From Octopus bimaculoides (lineage: Eukaryota): a DNA stretch of 44,065 bases. Location of the stretch: contig NC_068982.1 of assembly GCF_001194135.2 (NCBI RefSeq), forward strand, positions 148,426,385 through 148,470,449, in the 5' to 3' direction. Shown here in pieces: positions 23,401-35,873 of this stretch; position 1 is the stretch's first letter; every line of letters starts with the position of its first letter. The translations under genes and the position numbers were made by a program. Below the pieces are notes generated by a model. It saw only the letters and a list, made by a program, of their open reading frames with translations, was not told the DNA's origin and did no database searches.

Positions 23401-24249
23401 TTATTATTCTTATCATTATTTAAGATCAGTCATTCAATTTCAAATTGCAGTGGCTTGATATATCTTTTCTTCTTTTTAGAGATAGTCATTCCTTTGAGCT
23501 GTATTTCTTCTTTTTTCCCTCCACCACTCATATATTCAATATTTTCTTGAAACTAAATCAGAATCTACAAAAAAGTTTGAGAATTAATTTGGTGATCGTC
23601 TCTTTCTCATCTGTATCAATATTTGTGAACTTGAATCTAACTTTAATGCTGCACACCACCTTTTGTTAGTATACAAAAAATACTATCAGAGAAATAGAGC
23701 ATACCTTTTATCTAACAGAAGCCTACAAACTTTCTTCCCTTGAAATGCAGTTGAGATTTCTAGTTCCTAAGAAAGATTGCCTCCTTTACTTTTGTGGAGT
23801 CCTTCTTACACATCACTCCTCTTTAAGTAGAATTCTTAGTGATGAAGACATCACCTTTCCTACGTAATTTGCTTCCATTCGTACTCTAAACACACCTTGT
23901 GGAACTTTGCCTTTCAGTTTTATTTATATCATTACCATGATCATACAGACACTTAGTGAGAAAACTTCAAAACAATTTATCTCAACATGCCAACTGATTC
24001 TAACAGTGTACTTCCCTCATGTTTAGACACAATGAGCTTGAGCTGTAGTATGTCTTTACCAAATTCTTTTACCTTTATCTCTTTAGAGGTGCACCAAAAT
24101 TAAGAAAATATAGTATAATGTATCATATTCCCAAGAAGTAATCTTTCTTATTTTGCTAATTATTCACCAGTTGATCTCCCAATATTTCAATGGTCATGGA
24201 AGAAATTGTAAACTTCCACTTCTTTCATAATCTAAGGCTTTTCCCTTCT

Positions 24250-24492
24250 CTCTTTTATTACCAGTGCAATGTACACAGAGTCTGACAAAGCCATTGAAGG
24301 CATCTCAGCATGATAATTTGACCTGCAAGAAATATCAGCCAAAGCTCCTTAACTCACATCCTTCCATCTAGAAAGAACATATTGAGTGAAGTAGTCTTTG
24401 GTTCCCTCCACATATGAAGAAGAAATGATTATGATTGAAATACCATTGATCACAGGTGTGTTTGATCAAATTTGACCTTCAGTTTAACAACA
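24250..24492 (-). repeat. Family F copy (longer form)
   Basis: catattgagtgaagtagtc..gattgaaataccattgatcacagg..ttgaccttcagtttaacaac; reverse complement of the F module. Confidence 0.55.
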
Positions 24493-25817
24493 AAATCAAC
24501 AACACAGGACCTGATTTACTGGAAATGGACTATTCTTCATCAGACATCACTGACCTCTTACTCTTGGAAACATTAGTCATGTCTGGTAAGAGAATCTTAC
24601 AGAAAAGTTGTGCATTTATGGCTTTTGAAGACTTTCATCTCTTGAAGAGAGAAGTTTCTTATTAGATGGCTCACTATAATGATACCTTTCCAATTCACAT
24701 TTTATAAACCAGGATGTACCTTAAGATTTGGCTATGTCTTCTACATTCTTCCAACTGTCAATTAATGAACTTCCTCATTAGCCTTCTATATGTAGGTGTT
24801 ATCTTGTTGAACTAAATACATCCTACAAGCCTTGCCTATCAAATCACAATCTGAAAAATACTACACCTTTACTCATAAATAACACATAGTTAAAACTGTC
24901 AGATTCACTAAAAACACAAGGCCTCACAGTTTCTGATTGTTTATTTGTGGCAACTGCACACTTAATTATTATTAAACTGACACACAGTTTGTCTTCTTTG
25001 GGGTCAGAAAATATTTCAATGTGAAAATCTGTTGCCCCTCTACAAAAACATGAGTTATGTTTCACATTAAAGAAAATCTCACATAGAAGCAATGTAGGTG
25101 ATACACAAAATGTTAGCAAACTGATTAGCAAATTCTTTATACATCAGCACGTTTTTATCACTATCCTATAGGAGAAGTAATTCCTGTTTTTTGCTTCCAT
25201 TTTTATCATCATCATCATAGCAGCCACCACCATTATCATCATCTCCTATAGATGTATACCTTTACAAGTGTTTCTTTTAAAGACATTTTACGTACAGCAA
25301 CCCCTGGCACATGTTGGCCAAGACTATTATCCAATGAGAACAAAATACAAATTCTGAATAATTTATTAACATTTAACAAACTATCCTTGTATCCAGTTAT
25401 GACAGCTAAGTAAGAACTTCTTTCTCCATATTACATTTCTATGTCCATAGCACATAACTTTAATTCAAGATTAACCTTTTATCTAATATTTTAACCCTTT
25501 CAGCTGTCACTACAGAATATCAATTATATAGTCATAATTAATTTAGTTATTAAGCTATGTAAGTTTCAGAAAATATGTAGATTGAGAGAGAGAAATTAAC
25601 ATTTCGTTGTACATAATTACTCCACTACCTGATTTAACACCACCACATAGTTCCTGGGTGCCTCGAGCAAAGAACATGCTGCTGAGGGCAGTTTGGCAAG
25701 GTCTCTGGTCTGAGAATAGCCTTCTTCTCCTCCAAGTATCAATGGTAACCTCTATCCCACAATACTACAACAATAAAAAGAATGATTATGAGAATTCTTC
25801 TTACTCTTCTGAGTTAC

Positions 25818-26240
25818 TCTTCTGTGTGGTAAGAAGCTTGCTTCCAAACCACATGATTCTAAGTTCAGTTCCACTGCATGACACTTTGGGCAAGTGTCTT
25901 CTAATATAGCCTTGTGCTGACCAAGGCTTTGTGAGTGGATTTGGCAGACAGAAATTGAAAGAAGCCCATCGTTTATAAGTATATACATATATCTATGTGT
26001 GTGTGTCTTTTTGTGTCTGTGTTTGTCCCCCTCCCACCACTTGACAACCAGTGGTGGTGTGTTTACATCCCCATAACTTCATAACCTTGCAGTTTGGCAA
26101 AAGGGACCCATAGAATAAGTACCAAGCTTTTAAAAAAAGTAAGCATTGGAGTTAATACAGCTGACTAAAAATTCTTCAAGGTGGTGCCCCAGCATGGCCA
26201 CAGTCTAATGACTAAAACAAGTGAAAGATAAAAGATAAAA
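25818..26240 (+). mobile_element. SINE family A, full length, diverged
   Basis: tgtgtggtaagaagcttgc..ttgggcaagtgtcttc..gccccagcatggccacag..(aaaagat)n. Confidence 0.9.
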
Positions 26241-26241
26241 G

Positions 26242-27245
26242 AGGTATGACTCTGTGGTAAAAAGTTTACTTCCCAGCCAGCAGGTTCCAGGTTCACTCTC
26301 ACTGCGTGACACTTTGGACAAGTGTCTTCTACTATAGGCTTGGGCTGACCAAAGCCATGTGAGTGGATTTGGTAAATGGAATCAGAAAGAAGCATGTTGA
26401 GTATGTATGTATGTATGTATGTATGTATGTATGTTTACATGTACGTATGTATGTATGTATGTATGTAGGTATATACATATATATCATCATCATCATTGTC
26501 ATCATCGTTTAACGTCTGCTTTCCATGCTAGCATGGGTTAGATGATTTGACAAATGACTGGAGAACCAGATGGCTGCACCAGGCTCCAATCTGATTTGGC
26601 AGAGTTTCTATAGTTGGATGCCCTTCCTAACGCCAGCCACTCCGAGAGTGTAGAGGGTGCTTTTACGTGCCACCGGCACGAGGGCCAGTCAGGTAGTACT
26701 GGCAACAGCCATGCTCAAATGGTGTATTTTATGTGCCACCTGCACAGAAGCCAGTCCAGCAGCACTGGCAACGACCTCGCTCAAATGTTTTTTCACGTGC
26801 TACCAGCACAAGTGCCAGTAAAGCGACGCTGGTAACGATCATGCTCAAATGGTGCCACNNNNNNNNNNNNNNNNNNNNNNNNNNNNNNNNNNNNNNNNNN
26901 NNNNNNNNNNNNNNNNNNNNNNNNNNNNNNNNNNNNNNNNNNNNNNNNNNNNNNNNNNNNNNNNNNNNNNNNNNNNNNNNNNNNNNNNNNNNNNNNTATA
27001 TATATATGTCTATTAATGTGTCTTTGTGTCTGTATTCGTCTTCCACCTCTGCTTGACAACTGGTGTTGGTTTGTTTACATCCCTGTAACTTAGTAGTTTG
27101 GCAAAAGAAACCAATAGAATAAATATCATGGTTAGAAAATGATTACAGGGGGTAATTTGTTTGACTAAGCCCTTCAATTTGGTGTTCTGGCATAGCCACA
27201 TTCCAATAATTGAAACAAAATAAAAGATAAAATTTAAATAAAAGC
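26242..27245 (+). mobile_element. SINE family A copy in tandem with the previous one, split by a family C insertion and a gap
   Basis: 5' half 26242-26400, 3' half 27010-27245; nested element and N-gap (26859-26995) lie in the internal microsatellite. Confidence 0.8.
26480..26858 (-). mobile_element. Family C (RTE 3' end) with ~63-bp internal tandem units
   Basis: (cat)n-cgtttaacgtctgctttccatgctagcatgggtt..ggatgcccttcctaacgcc; three gtgccacc..gccagt..ctggcaac..gctcaaatg units. Confidence 0.88.
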
Positions 27246-27289
27246 ATAAATTTACAAAAATGTTGCTTATTGATAGAGATAACCTCAAT

Positions 27290-27465
27290 ATTGCTGCTAC
27301 CGCTGCTGCTACCGCTGCTGCTACCGCTGCTGCTACCGCTGCTGCTACCGCNNNNNNNNNNCTGCTACTGCTGCTGCTGCTACCGCTGCTGCTACCGCTG
27401 CTGCTACCGCTGCTGCTACCGCTGCTGCTACCGCTGCTGCTACCGCTGCTACTGCTGCTGCTGTA
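27290..27465. repeat. 12-bp minisatellite (gctgctgctacc)n
   Basis: Directly visible; small N-gap at 27352-27361. Confidence 0.95.
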
Positions 27466-27718
27466 GATGATAATAATGACAACAAAGGTGATGACATCAA
27501 CGACAACGATGGTAATAATGGCATATATAGCATATAAAGCTACCTTGGGAGATCATTACTTGTTCATTTCACAAACGGTTCTCAAAATTCAAAGTAGTTT
27601 ATCATTTTAGCATTACAGCCATGCTTTGTGGATTCATGTTAAATTAGCCATCTTTTCCTGATACAGCATCCTGTCAGGAATATGTTTTGCATTTACCAAA
27701 GTAAAATAAAAAGAATAA

Positions 27719-27769
<51 letters not shown>

Positions 27770-27938
27770 TCATGCTTTTAGATTGGGCAGCATGTAAGAA
27801 TTTGACCAGAGAAATATTTGAAAATGACTTCAAAATGTTCATATGTAGCAATATCATTAACTCTCTTATGACTATTTTTACTATGAAATGCATTGCTTAT
27901 TTTGTAAGTAATTCTTAAAATAATGGCTACTTTGGAGG

Positions 27939-28377
27939 AAGGCAGCAAGCTGGCAGAATTGTTAGCACGCTGGGCGAAATGCTTAGCGGTATTTCGTCTG
28001 TTGCTACATTCTGAGTTCAAATTCTGCCGAGGTCGACTTAGCCTTTCATCTTTTTGGGGGTCGATTAAATAAGTACCAGTTACATACACTGGGGTCGATG
28101 AAATCGACTTAATCCCTTTGTTTGTCCTTGTTTGTCCCCTCTATGTTTAACCCCTTGTGGGCAATAAAGAAATAAGAAACATTAGCATGCCAGGCGAAAT
28201 GCTTAGCGATATTTTATCTGTCTTTACATTCTGAGTTCAAATTCCACCGAAGTCAACTTTGCCTTTCATCTTTCCAGGGTCGATAAATTAAGTACCAGTT
28301 GCATACTGTGGTCGATCTAATCGAGTGGCTCCCTCCCCAAAAATTTTGGGCTTTGTGCCTAGAGTAGAAAAGAATAA
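27939..28377 (+). mobile_element. Dimeric SINE family B (B1+B2)
   Basis: Two related monomers joined at aagaaataagaaacattagc (~28170-28185). Confidence 0.9.
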
Positions 28378-28389
28378 TCTACTGTCCAT

Positions 28390-28878
28390 AAAGCGACAAG
28401 CTAGTTTATTGGGTAAAAAAATAGCGTTGCAATATCTCTTCTGGCTCTTTACGGTTTGAGTTCAAATCTCATCAAGGTTAACTTTACCTTTCAACCCTCT
28501 GGAACCAATAAAACAAAGTACTTGTCAAGTACCAAGGTTGATGTAATCATCTTACTAATCCCTTCAAAATTTCTGACCACATGCATTAAGTAGACATCAT
28601 TTCTAATTTAGTGTAAGGTGGTGAGCTTGCAGAATTGTTGCTGTTCTGGAAAAATGCCTAGCAATATTTCTTGTGGTTTTAAATTCTGAGTTTCAATGCT
28701 GCCTTCCATCCTCCAAAAGGCAGCATTTTTTTCAGGATGAAATACTGAGTTCCAATGATGCTTTTCAAATGTTTGGAGTCAATGAAATAAATACCAGTTG
28801 AGCATTGGGGGTCAATATAATCAACTAGTACCCTCCCTACAAAATTCTGCCTATGTGCCTGTAGTAGAAAGGATTATT
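28390..28878 (+). mobile_element. Two further degraded family B monomers
   Basis: ttgagttcaaatctc..aagtac (28390-28600); aaggtggtgagcttgcagaa..gtagaaaggattatt (28614-28878). Confidence 0.7.
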
Positions 28879-28879
28879 A

Positions 28880-29287
28880 ATATAAACTTTTCTATTCTTG
28901 GCACAGGGCCCAAAATTTGGGGGTAGGGGGCCAGTCGATTAGATCGACCCCAGTACACAACTGGTACTTAATTTATTGACCCCGAAAGGATGAAAGGCAA
29001 ACCAACCTCAGTGGAATTTCACTAAGCATTTCACCCAGCATGCTAACATTTCTTATTTCTTTACTGCCCACAAGGGGCTACACACTGAGGGGACAAACAA
29101 GGACAAACAAAGGGATTAAGCCTATTATATCGACCCCAGTGTGTAACTGGTACTTAATTTATCGGCCCTGAAAGAATGAAAGGCAAAGTCGTTCTCGGCG
29201 GAATTTTAACTCAGAACGTAATGGCAGACGAAATACCACTAAGCATTTCACCCGGCGTGCTAACATTTCTGCCAGCTCTCTGCCTTG
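28880..29287 (-). mobile_element. Dimeric SINE family B in inverted orientation
   Basis: Reverse complement matches 27939-28377 including the dimer junction, with a ~35-bp deletion in monomer 2. Confidence 0.9.
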
Positions 29288-29339
29288 GATTATTAATATA
29301 ATGTTTATAAAATGATGTACTGTCACAATTTCTAGAGTC

Positions 29340-29515
29340 TGGCAGTAAATTTCAACTCTTTACATTTTGAGTTCTAATCTTGCCTATATCAGTCTTGCCT
29401 TTCATTTAGTTGTGAATGACGAAATACAGTACCAGTCATGTACTGGGGTCTGCTATATTGGCTGACTCCACTCTTCCTCAAAAGTGCTGACCTAGTTCTT
29501 AAATTAAACACAATT
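29340..29515 (+). mobile_element. Degraded SINE family B
   Basis: ttgagttctaatc..ttgcctttcat..agtaccagtcatgtactggggtc. Confidence 0.6.
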
Positions 29516-29984
29516 ATTAATGTAGTGTCTGGATATAACTTATTAAAATGGTTCTTACATAAAATCATGATCGAAGAACTGAATCTAAATTTCAAAATTC
29601 TAAAGTGGACAGTTTTACATCATTTAGCAGATACAACCTCAGATGGATTGATATCAAAAGGATTAATTTTGTCTTTCACTTTTAATACAAACTTCTACCT
29701 CTAACTTAAACTCATTAGGAATAGGATTTACAACCAGAGTTTATACATGGTAATATCATTGCAAGTGATAATAGTGGTAGTTGTCTTGAAGAAATTGATT
29801 AATTGATAAACATGATTTGTATTTAGAATAATTATACGAAGTAGAGATTATGTATATTTCCAGTAACTATGGATTTGAAAGGATTTATCCATTTCAAATA
29901 TGGGCTAGTTAAATAGCCTGAGCTATTCTAAACTAATTCTATAGTCAATATAGTTTTATGTAGTGTATATTTGAAGAACTGGAT

Positions 29985-30019
29985 ATGCATACATACATAT
30001 ATACATACATACATACATA

Positions 30020-30072
<53 letters not shown>

Positions 30073-30332
30073 AAGTTGTTGTGTACAGTGCTCAGGTGAC
30101 TACAACAAGAAAAAAAATGTAATTAGGTAATTAGGTGTGCTGTTGGCAAAGACAAAAGGCAAAATAATTCTTCTTTAGAATAGTAGATCACAAAGTACAG
30201 TAAGTTGTAAATAATAGTATGCAAGTGAATTTGATAGAGGAATCTCTTGTTTCTCTTGTGTTTTTGTTTTTCCATAAATTTCTATAAAATTCTTTATCAT
30301 TTTCATCTGCTCTTTTGCATATATACATATAC

Positions 30333-30377
<45 letters not shown>

Positions 30378-30761
30378 GATAGATAGATAAATATGCATTT
30401 ATACATAGATACATATACATATACATGCACATATATATGTATATAAGTATTTATATCTATATAGATATGTATGTATATATGTATATGAATATAATAATAC
30501 ACACACAGACACACAGAAACACACACACAAGTATGCATGTATATGAATATAATAATATAATATAAATAGATACATACATGCATCCATTTATACATATGTG
30601 TTTATATACACGAATACATACATATTTATAGAAAGACTTGGTTATAATAAGCAATTATTTGATAAATACAAATGAGAGGATTATATTATCTCATTATTTG
30701 ATACACACATTCTCACACACCACACACACACACACAAACACATACACGCAAACATGCACTA

Positions 30762-30805
<44 letters not shown>

Positions 30806-30830
30806 TACATACACACATTCATGAACATAC
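29985..30830. repeat. Mixed (TACA)/(TG)/(TA)/(CA) low-complexity region
   Basis: Directly visible. Confidence 0.9.
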
Positions 30831-31171
30831 TTATCTTAATGAGAAGGAATCTAATGCAAATGATCTTAGTGGGGATGAGATTGTTTCCCTAATTTGAAAA
30901 TTAAATTCATTCTTTCATAACCAAATTGTAATTTGCATTATCTTCTTATGAGAAAATTTTTCTATGTCATCTTGGAATTGGCATTAAATAGGCATTAACT
31001 ATTGAGTGAAGTAAGGAGATTCTTTCTTACACAAACTGGTCAAATGTTTCCTACTAAGCAGTTTTTAGAAAGATTAAGAATAACAATAGATTTATTCAGC
31101 TGATTAAGAATAACAATACATTTGTCAAGCAAGTCTTTTCAGAAACCAAACATATACTGTAAAAACCCATG

Positions 31172-31404
31172 TAATTTACTCTTTACTTTTTTACTCTTTT
31201 ACTTTTTTACTCTTTTTACTTGTTTCAGTCATTTGACTGCGGCGATGCTGGAGCACCGCCTTTTAGTCAAGAAAATCGATCCCAGGACTTATTCTTTGTA
31301 AGCCTAGTACTTATTCTATCGGTCTCTTTTTGCCAAACCGCTAAGTTACGGGGACGTAAACACACCAGCATCGGTTGTCAAGTAATGGTGGGGAGACAAA
31401 CACA

Positions 31405-31492
<88 letters not shown>

Positions 31493-31643
31493 CATATATA
31501 CGATGGGTTTCTTTCAGTTTCCATCTACCAAATCCACTCACAAGGCTTTGGTCGGTCTGAGGCTATAGTAGAAGACACTTGCCCAAAGTGCCATGCAGTG
31601 GGACTGAACCCGGAACCATGTGGCTGGTAAGCAAGCTACTTAC
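31172..31643 (-). mobile_element. SINE family A, full length, ~100-bp internal (CA)/(TA) array
   Basis: Near-consensus reverse complement with expanded tail (ttttactc)n. Confidence 0.93.
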
Positions 31644-32201
31644 CACACAGCCACTCCTGTGCATTTTTTTTCATAAAATTAAATATTAACTTTAGGGGTG
31701 TGTAAATTACATGAGTAGATTGTTTCCAGAATTTAAAAAAGAATTTTTTTTGTTGAAAAAAGACTCATTTAGTGTCAAAGGAGGTTTTCACAGAAAAAAT
31801 AATAGCTTAGATATAATGAAGTTGACATTAACCAAATACAGAAACACTGACATAAGTACTATAAATTTCTGCTGAACCATCTCTCAGGTGTGAGCAATTT
31901 TATAATAAAAGATCTAGAGCAATACTTAAATATACAGGCTCTTAAGTAGCCTCTAGATAAAAAGAAGCCATTGACACAGCGAACTGGCTGGTAGCTTATA
32001 TGTAAATTTAGGATAGCAGCAGCAACTTTTATCACAATTTTGGCTCACGACGCTAGAGGTTAGTGAACTTCCCCTCAAATAGGGTAGAGTTGTCAAGATT
32101 TCTTTGTTAGGGATGTAAGCTGTAGCTATCATGATGTCTCACACCTCTTTCCAACAGGCAAGGAATGAACCTATAAGAGAACCTCTAGCCAATCAATTTA
32201 C

Positions 32202-32298
32202 CTGCTATTAACAACTTGGACAACACAACTCCGGATATTCAAAGCAATGAAGTGTCACAGCTAGAACGTCTTTAGAAGTCTGTTCGGTTAGACCCAAC
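32202..32298 (-). other. Candidate 97-nt exon of an unknown minus-strand transcript
   Basis: Acceptor ttgttgctttttatttccAG|G and donor GCAG|GTAAAT flank unique sequence. The longest frame LGLTEQTSKDVLAVTLHCFEYPELCCPSC ends in TAA. Confidence 0.3.
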
Positions 32299-32385
32299 CT
32301 GGAAATAAAAAGCAACAACAGTATCTATAACAAGAAAAATATATTGTAAGGTTTCTACTTAGTTGACAAGTACATCACTCTCAAT

Positions 32386-32687
32386 TTGTCACCCTTTCAA
32401 AGCCTAGCCAGGCTCATGGGCCTGGTTTCCCGGTTTCTATGGCATATGTGTTCCTCCCAGCTGGACGGGATGCTAGTCTATCGCAGCGTTACTCAAGAAA
32501 CAGGAAGAAAGAGTGAGAGAAAGTTGGGGCGAAAGAGTACAACAAGGGTTGCCACCACCCCCTGCCAGAGCCTTGTGGAGCTTAGGTGTTTTTGCTCAAT
32601 AAACACTCAAAACGCCCAGTCTGGGAATCGAAACCGCAGTCCGACCGCGAGTCCGCTGCCCTAACCACTGGGCCATTGCACCTCCAA
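32386..32687 (-). mobile_element. tRNA-derived SINE family D1 with 14-bp TSD
   Basis: Head ggaggtgcaatggcccagtggttagggc..ggtttcgattccc; TSD acatcactctcaat at 32372-32385 and 32688-32701. Confidence 0.92.
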
Positions 32688-32924
32688 ACATCACTCTCAA
32701 TAGCAAAGGAATATTAGAGTTGACATGAATTTTCTGTTCTAAATTCTGATGTACACTGAACTATATACACTGAATTTTTTAAGTCTTCTATTGGTGTGAG
32801 ATAAATATTTGGTTCAATAAGTCAGAATGTGGTTGGAATTTCTGGGGTGACCTTCGACCATGAGTTAATAGCATGATATCAATTTGGAATCAAACTACCA
32901 AATTAATTCCAGAATCTTGTGGTA

Positions 32925-33152
32925 TTTATCCTCTTACCATATTTCTGTTGAAATATATACTACCATTACTTCAATGAATTCAGAAGATAATGAAGAATCT
33001 AGTGAAATAACTGTTATTATTAAGGTGGTGTTTGGGACTTGAATTGAAATGAAATTTTGATGGAAGATTTTAAATTAGATCACGTTAAAACATAACCTTT
33101 ATATCATGAAACTATGAGCAGTCTCAGAAAATTTAGTAGGAAAAAGGTTTAG
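32925..33152 (+). mobile_element. piggyBac-like MITE, degraded
   Basis: Reverse-complement homolog of 7301-7531 (accatatttctgttgaaata..atgaaattttgatggaag..aaaaaggttta). Confidence 0.6.
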
Positions 33153-34624
33153 CTATGATTATCAGAACTCCAACATTCTTTGCTGTTTTCTTCAACATAG
33201 TACCAACATTGGTTTCCGAAAAAGAGCTTGTCATCAACAACAGGCACAAAATATCAGAAATCCCAAATTACTTTATGACAAGGAGAGAAATTTATCCAAA
33301 GAGTTAAAAAAAATAACCAATGAAGGCCTTGACACTCTTCTATTCAATTCCATGTCCTTGTTTAGCTCTTCTAATGTATTCTTGTAAGGTAAAGGCAGCT
33401 ATTTTATTGGACACTGAATTATTGAAAGCTTTAGATTGCTGATTTGATAAAAGGAAAACTGAACGCATTGCTATTTTTAGACAGTTTCTAGCGAACACAC
33501 ACACACATACAACTCTTATAACTCACACACTGGAAGAACATATTTTTGCTCAATTGTTTTGGTTTAATTACCCCTGATTCATATACATAGTGAAAAATTT
33601 CTTTGTTAACCAATTCAGTAGTGTGTTTTTCAGTGCTTCATACTACTATGGTATAGTTTTTTGATATATCAGATCAAACATATTTTACATTTCTATATTT
33701 CATATCAATCTTTAATGATTGTTATTTGAAAGTTTTTTTTTTCTTTTAAGTATAAGTGATATAGTATAATATGAATAGTTAATAAATCTCTGTAATCAAT
33801 TAGACATGATCTGAAAACAAAAGAGAATTTCAATAGAAATGTAATTTATTACCAGCAGTTTAATTAATAATGGGGTATTATAAACACTTTTAGTTTGAAT
33901 TTTATGAATGTGAAATATTTTTCTTATTCTCATACAAAAATATTACATATGTGAGCATATTATGTATTTATGTATGCATGTGTTTATGTACGTACGTATG
34001 TATGTATGCTTATGTCTATGTATGAATGTATGTATGAATGACTGTATCGATATTTCCATCTCTTTGCAATAAATATCACCAAGCCATCTCTTATGTTTAC
34101 ATGTTTACTTAAAATATATATCTTGATATATCTAACATGTCTAAATAAAAACATTATTAATCATAGTCTTTTTATCAAACTAAATTAATTTTGTGAAGTA
34201 GAAGAATATCAAATAAAATTTGTAGAAATGTTTTTGGTAGTGTTACATTTTCAGCTTATAGCTGTAGTAAATAAACTACTGACCATTATCAACATCAGTA
34301 TTCTGTTATCTCCATATACAGTGTTCGTCTTGGCAATATAATCACATTACACTCAGATTTTTCTTTTGCTGGGTTTTGAAGAAGGGGCAGTGCCCATGAC
34401 CTTTGCAGGTCCTCAAAGACTATTACTAGATGTTTATTAGAGTAGACGACTACCACTGGGTTACATTTTTGCATTCTTTACCTTCCCTTCGCAAGCTATA
34501 GAATTAAGGAAGAGCCCTAGTGCTTCTCTTAGAGTCACAAGTTGGTTCTTACCTGAAATGGGCTAGACTAATTTTTATCATCATCATCATCGTCATCATC
34601 ATTGCCATTTATGTATAAGATATA

Positions 34625-34905
34625 ATGTGCGTTTGCTTGTGTGTGTATGTGTGTGTGTGTGTGTGTGTGTGTAGGTGTTTGTGTCTTTGTGTCTGTGTTT
34701 ATCCCCCGCCACCATCACCACTTGACAGCTGATGTTGGTTTGTTTATGTCCTTGTAACTTAGCAGTTCGGAGAAAAGAGACTAATAAAATAAATACCAGG
34801 CTTTTAAACAATAAGTATTGATGTCGATTCATTCAACTAAAAGTTCCACAAGGCGATGCTCCAGCATGACTGCAGTCCAATGACTGAAAGAGAGGAAACA
34901 AAAAT
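34625..34905 (+). mobile_element. SINE family A 3' half
   Basis: (tg)n-gtgtctgtgtttatccccc..gtaacttagcagttcgg..gctccagcatgactgcagtc. Confidence 0.85.
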
Positions 34906-35204
34906 AAAAAAATATTCCAAACCGGGTGAATGACCCTTAGTAGAAGGTCCCTTATTATCTCATTTTGCTCATGATACATTACAGTGAAAGCATAGGAACT
35001 AAAACTATTCAACCAAGTGATTGTCAACATGTCCACTCAGATATAACAATTTTTTTCTGCTTGCATAGACAAGGAAATGGATTTACTTTAACCAGAAATT
35101 GAATGAACTGACAACTATTCATATACCTGGACCATGTGTACTCAAATTATAGTTATGGGACAAATGCTTCAAACAAACCCACATTTATTGCAGCTGTCTA
35201 TCTT

Positions 35205-35225
35205 TTTCTTTCTCTCTCTCTCTCT

Positions 35226-35273
<48 letters not shown>

Positions 35274-35290
35274 GTCTTTCTCTCTCTCTA
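35205..35290. repeat. (TC)n microsatellite
   Basis: Directly visible. Confidence 0.95.
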
Positions 35291-35404
35291 GCTATCTCCC
35301 TCCCTCCATCTCCCTTCTTCTCAAGCTATTTAACTTCCTTAGATAAAATTCATGACAAAACATTTATATTTTAGACAAGCCATTCTGTACATCTTTTATA
35401 CCTG

Positions 35405-35780
35405 CCTCTCTGTTAATGCCAGGCATTTCGGTCTTTTGTCACCTTACCTGAAAGGTTCAGCATCCTGAGGATTTTTGATACCTTCCTGGGTCTCTCACTT
35501 CCTTGTGTTCCATCTGCTTTGAGAGATCAGCACTTCTTTATAGAGCTGTCAACAGCTATCAGCTATCAATCTTCTGTCTTGCACACAGCAACCAATTTCT
35601 TTTATATCTAACTTCTCTCTCAGACCACTAGTACTCTGTCAAACCTGTACACTTACATAATACATCTAGCAGAGTATACTAGCCCCAATCATCTCTAACT
35701 TTGCATGTCCTCTGCATTCAAGGCCCACGTCTCACTCCCATGTATTATAGAATTGATGGCCATATACATGCATCATACAA
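35405..35780 (-). mobile_element. RTE LINE fragment, 3' part
   Basis: Homologous to 15400-15770; collinear continuation of 36225-36900. Confidence 0.85.
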
Positions 35781-35852
35781 GATTCTCTCAAATACCCTGA
35801 TGGCTCATTAGAGGTAGTAGATAATTTCTGCTACCTAGGGGACCAAATTAGT
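35781..35852 (+). mobile_element. Short RTE RT fragment in inverted orientation
   Basis: DSLKYPDGSLEVVDNFCYLGDQIS; reverse complement of 36321-36381. Confidence 0.85.
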
Positions 35853-35873
35853 CTCAGATATATATATATATAT

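Noticed and set aside
26650-26858. Regularly spaced repeats as a CRISPR-like array
   Set aside because: Eukaryotic context; the units are whole tandem duplications in an RTE 3' UTR with no unique spacers and no cas genes.
32148-32215. Plus-strand acceptor tctttccaacAG
   Set aside because: All three downstream frames close quickly and no matching donor was found; weaker than the minus-strand candidate.
32620-32687. tRNA-like A/B boxes (also 39220-39289, 20898-20955, 6431-6500)
   Set aside because: SINE heads with TSDs and SINE bodies, not cloverleaf tRNA genes.
34545-34560. Strong minus-strand donor TTCAG|GTAAGA
   Set aside because: The upstream sequence runs into a microsatellite and SINE with no acceptor; likely chance.
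35810-35830. gaggtagtagat, resembling the let-7 5' end
   Set aside because: It is RTE RT coding sequence (LEVVD) with no pre-miRNA hairpin.
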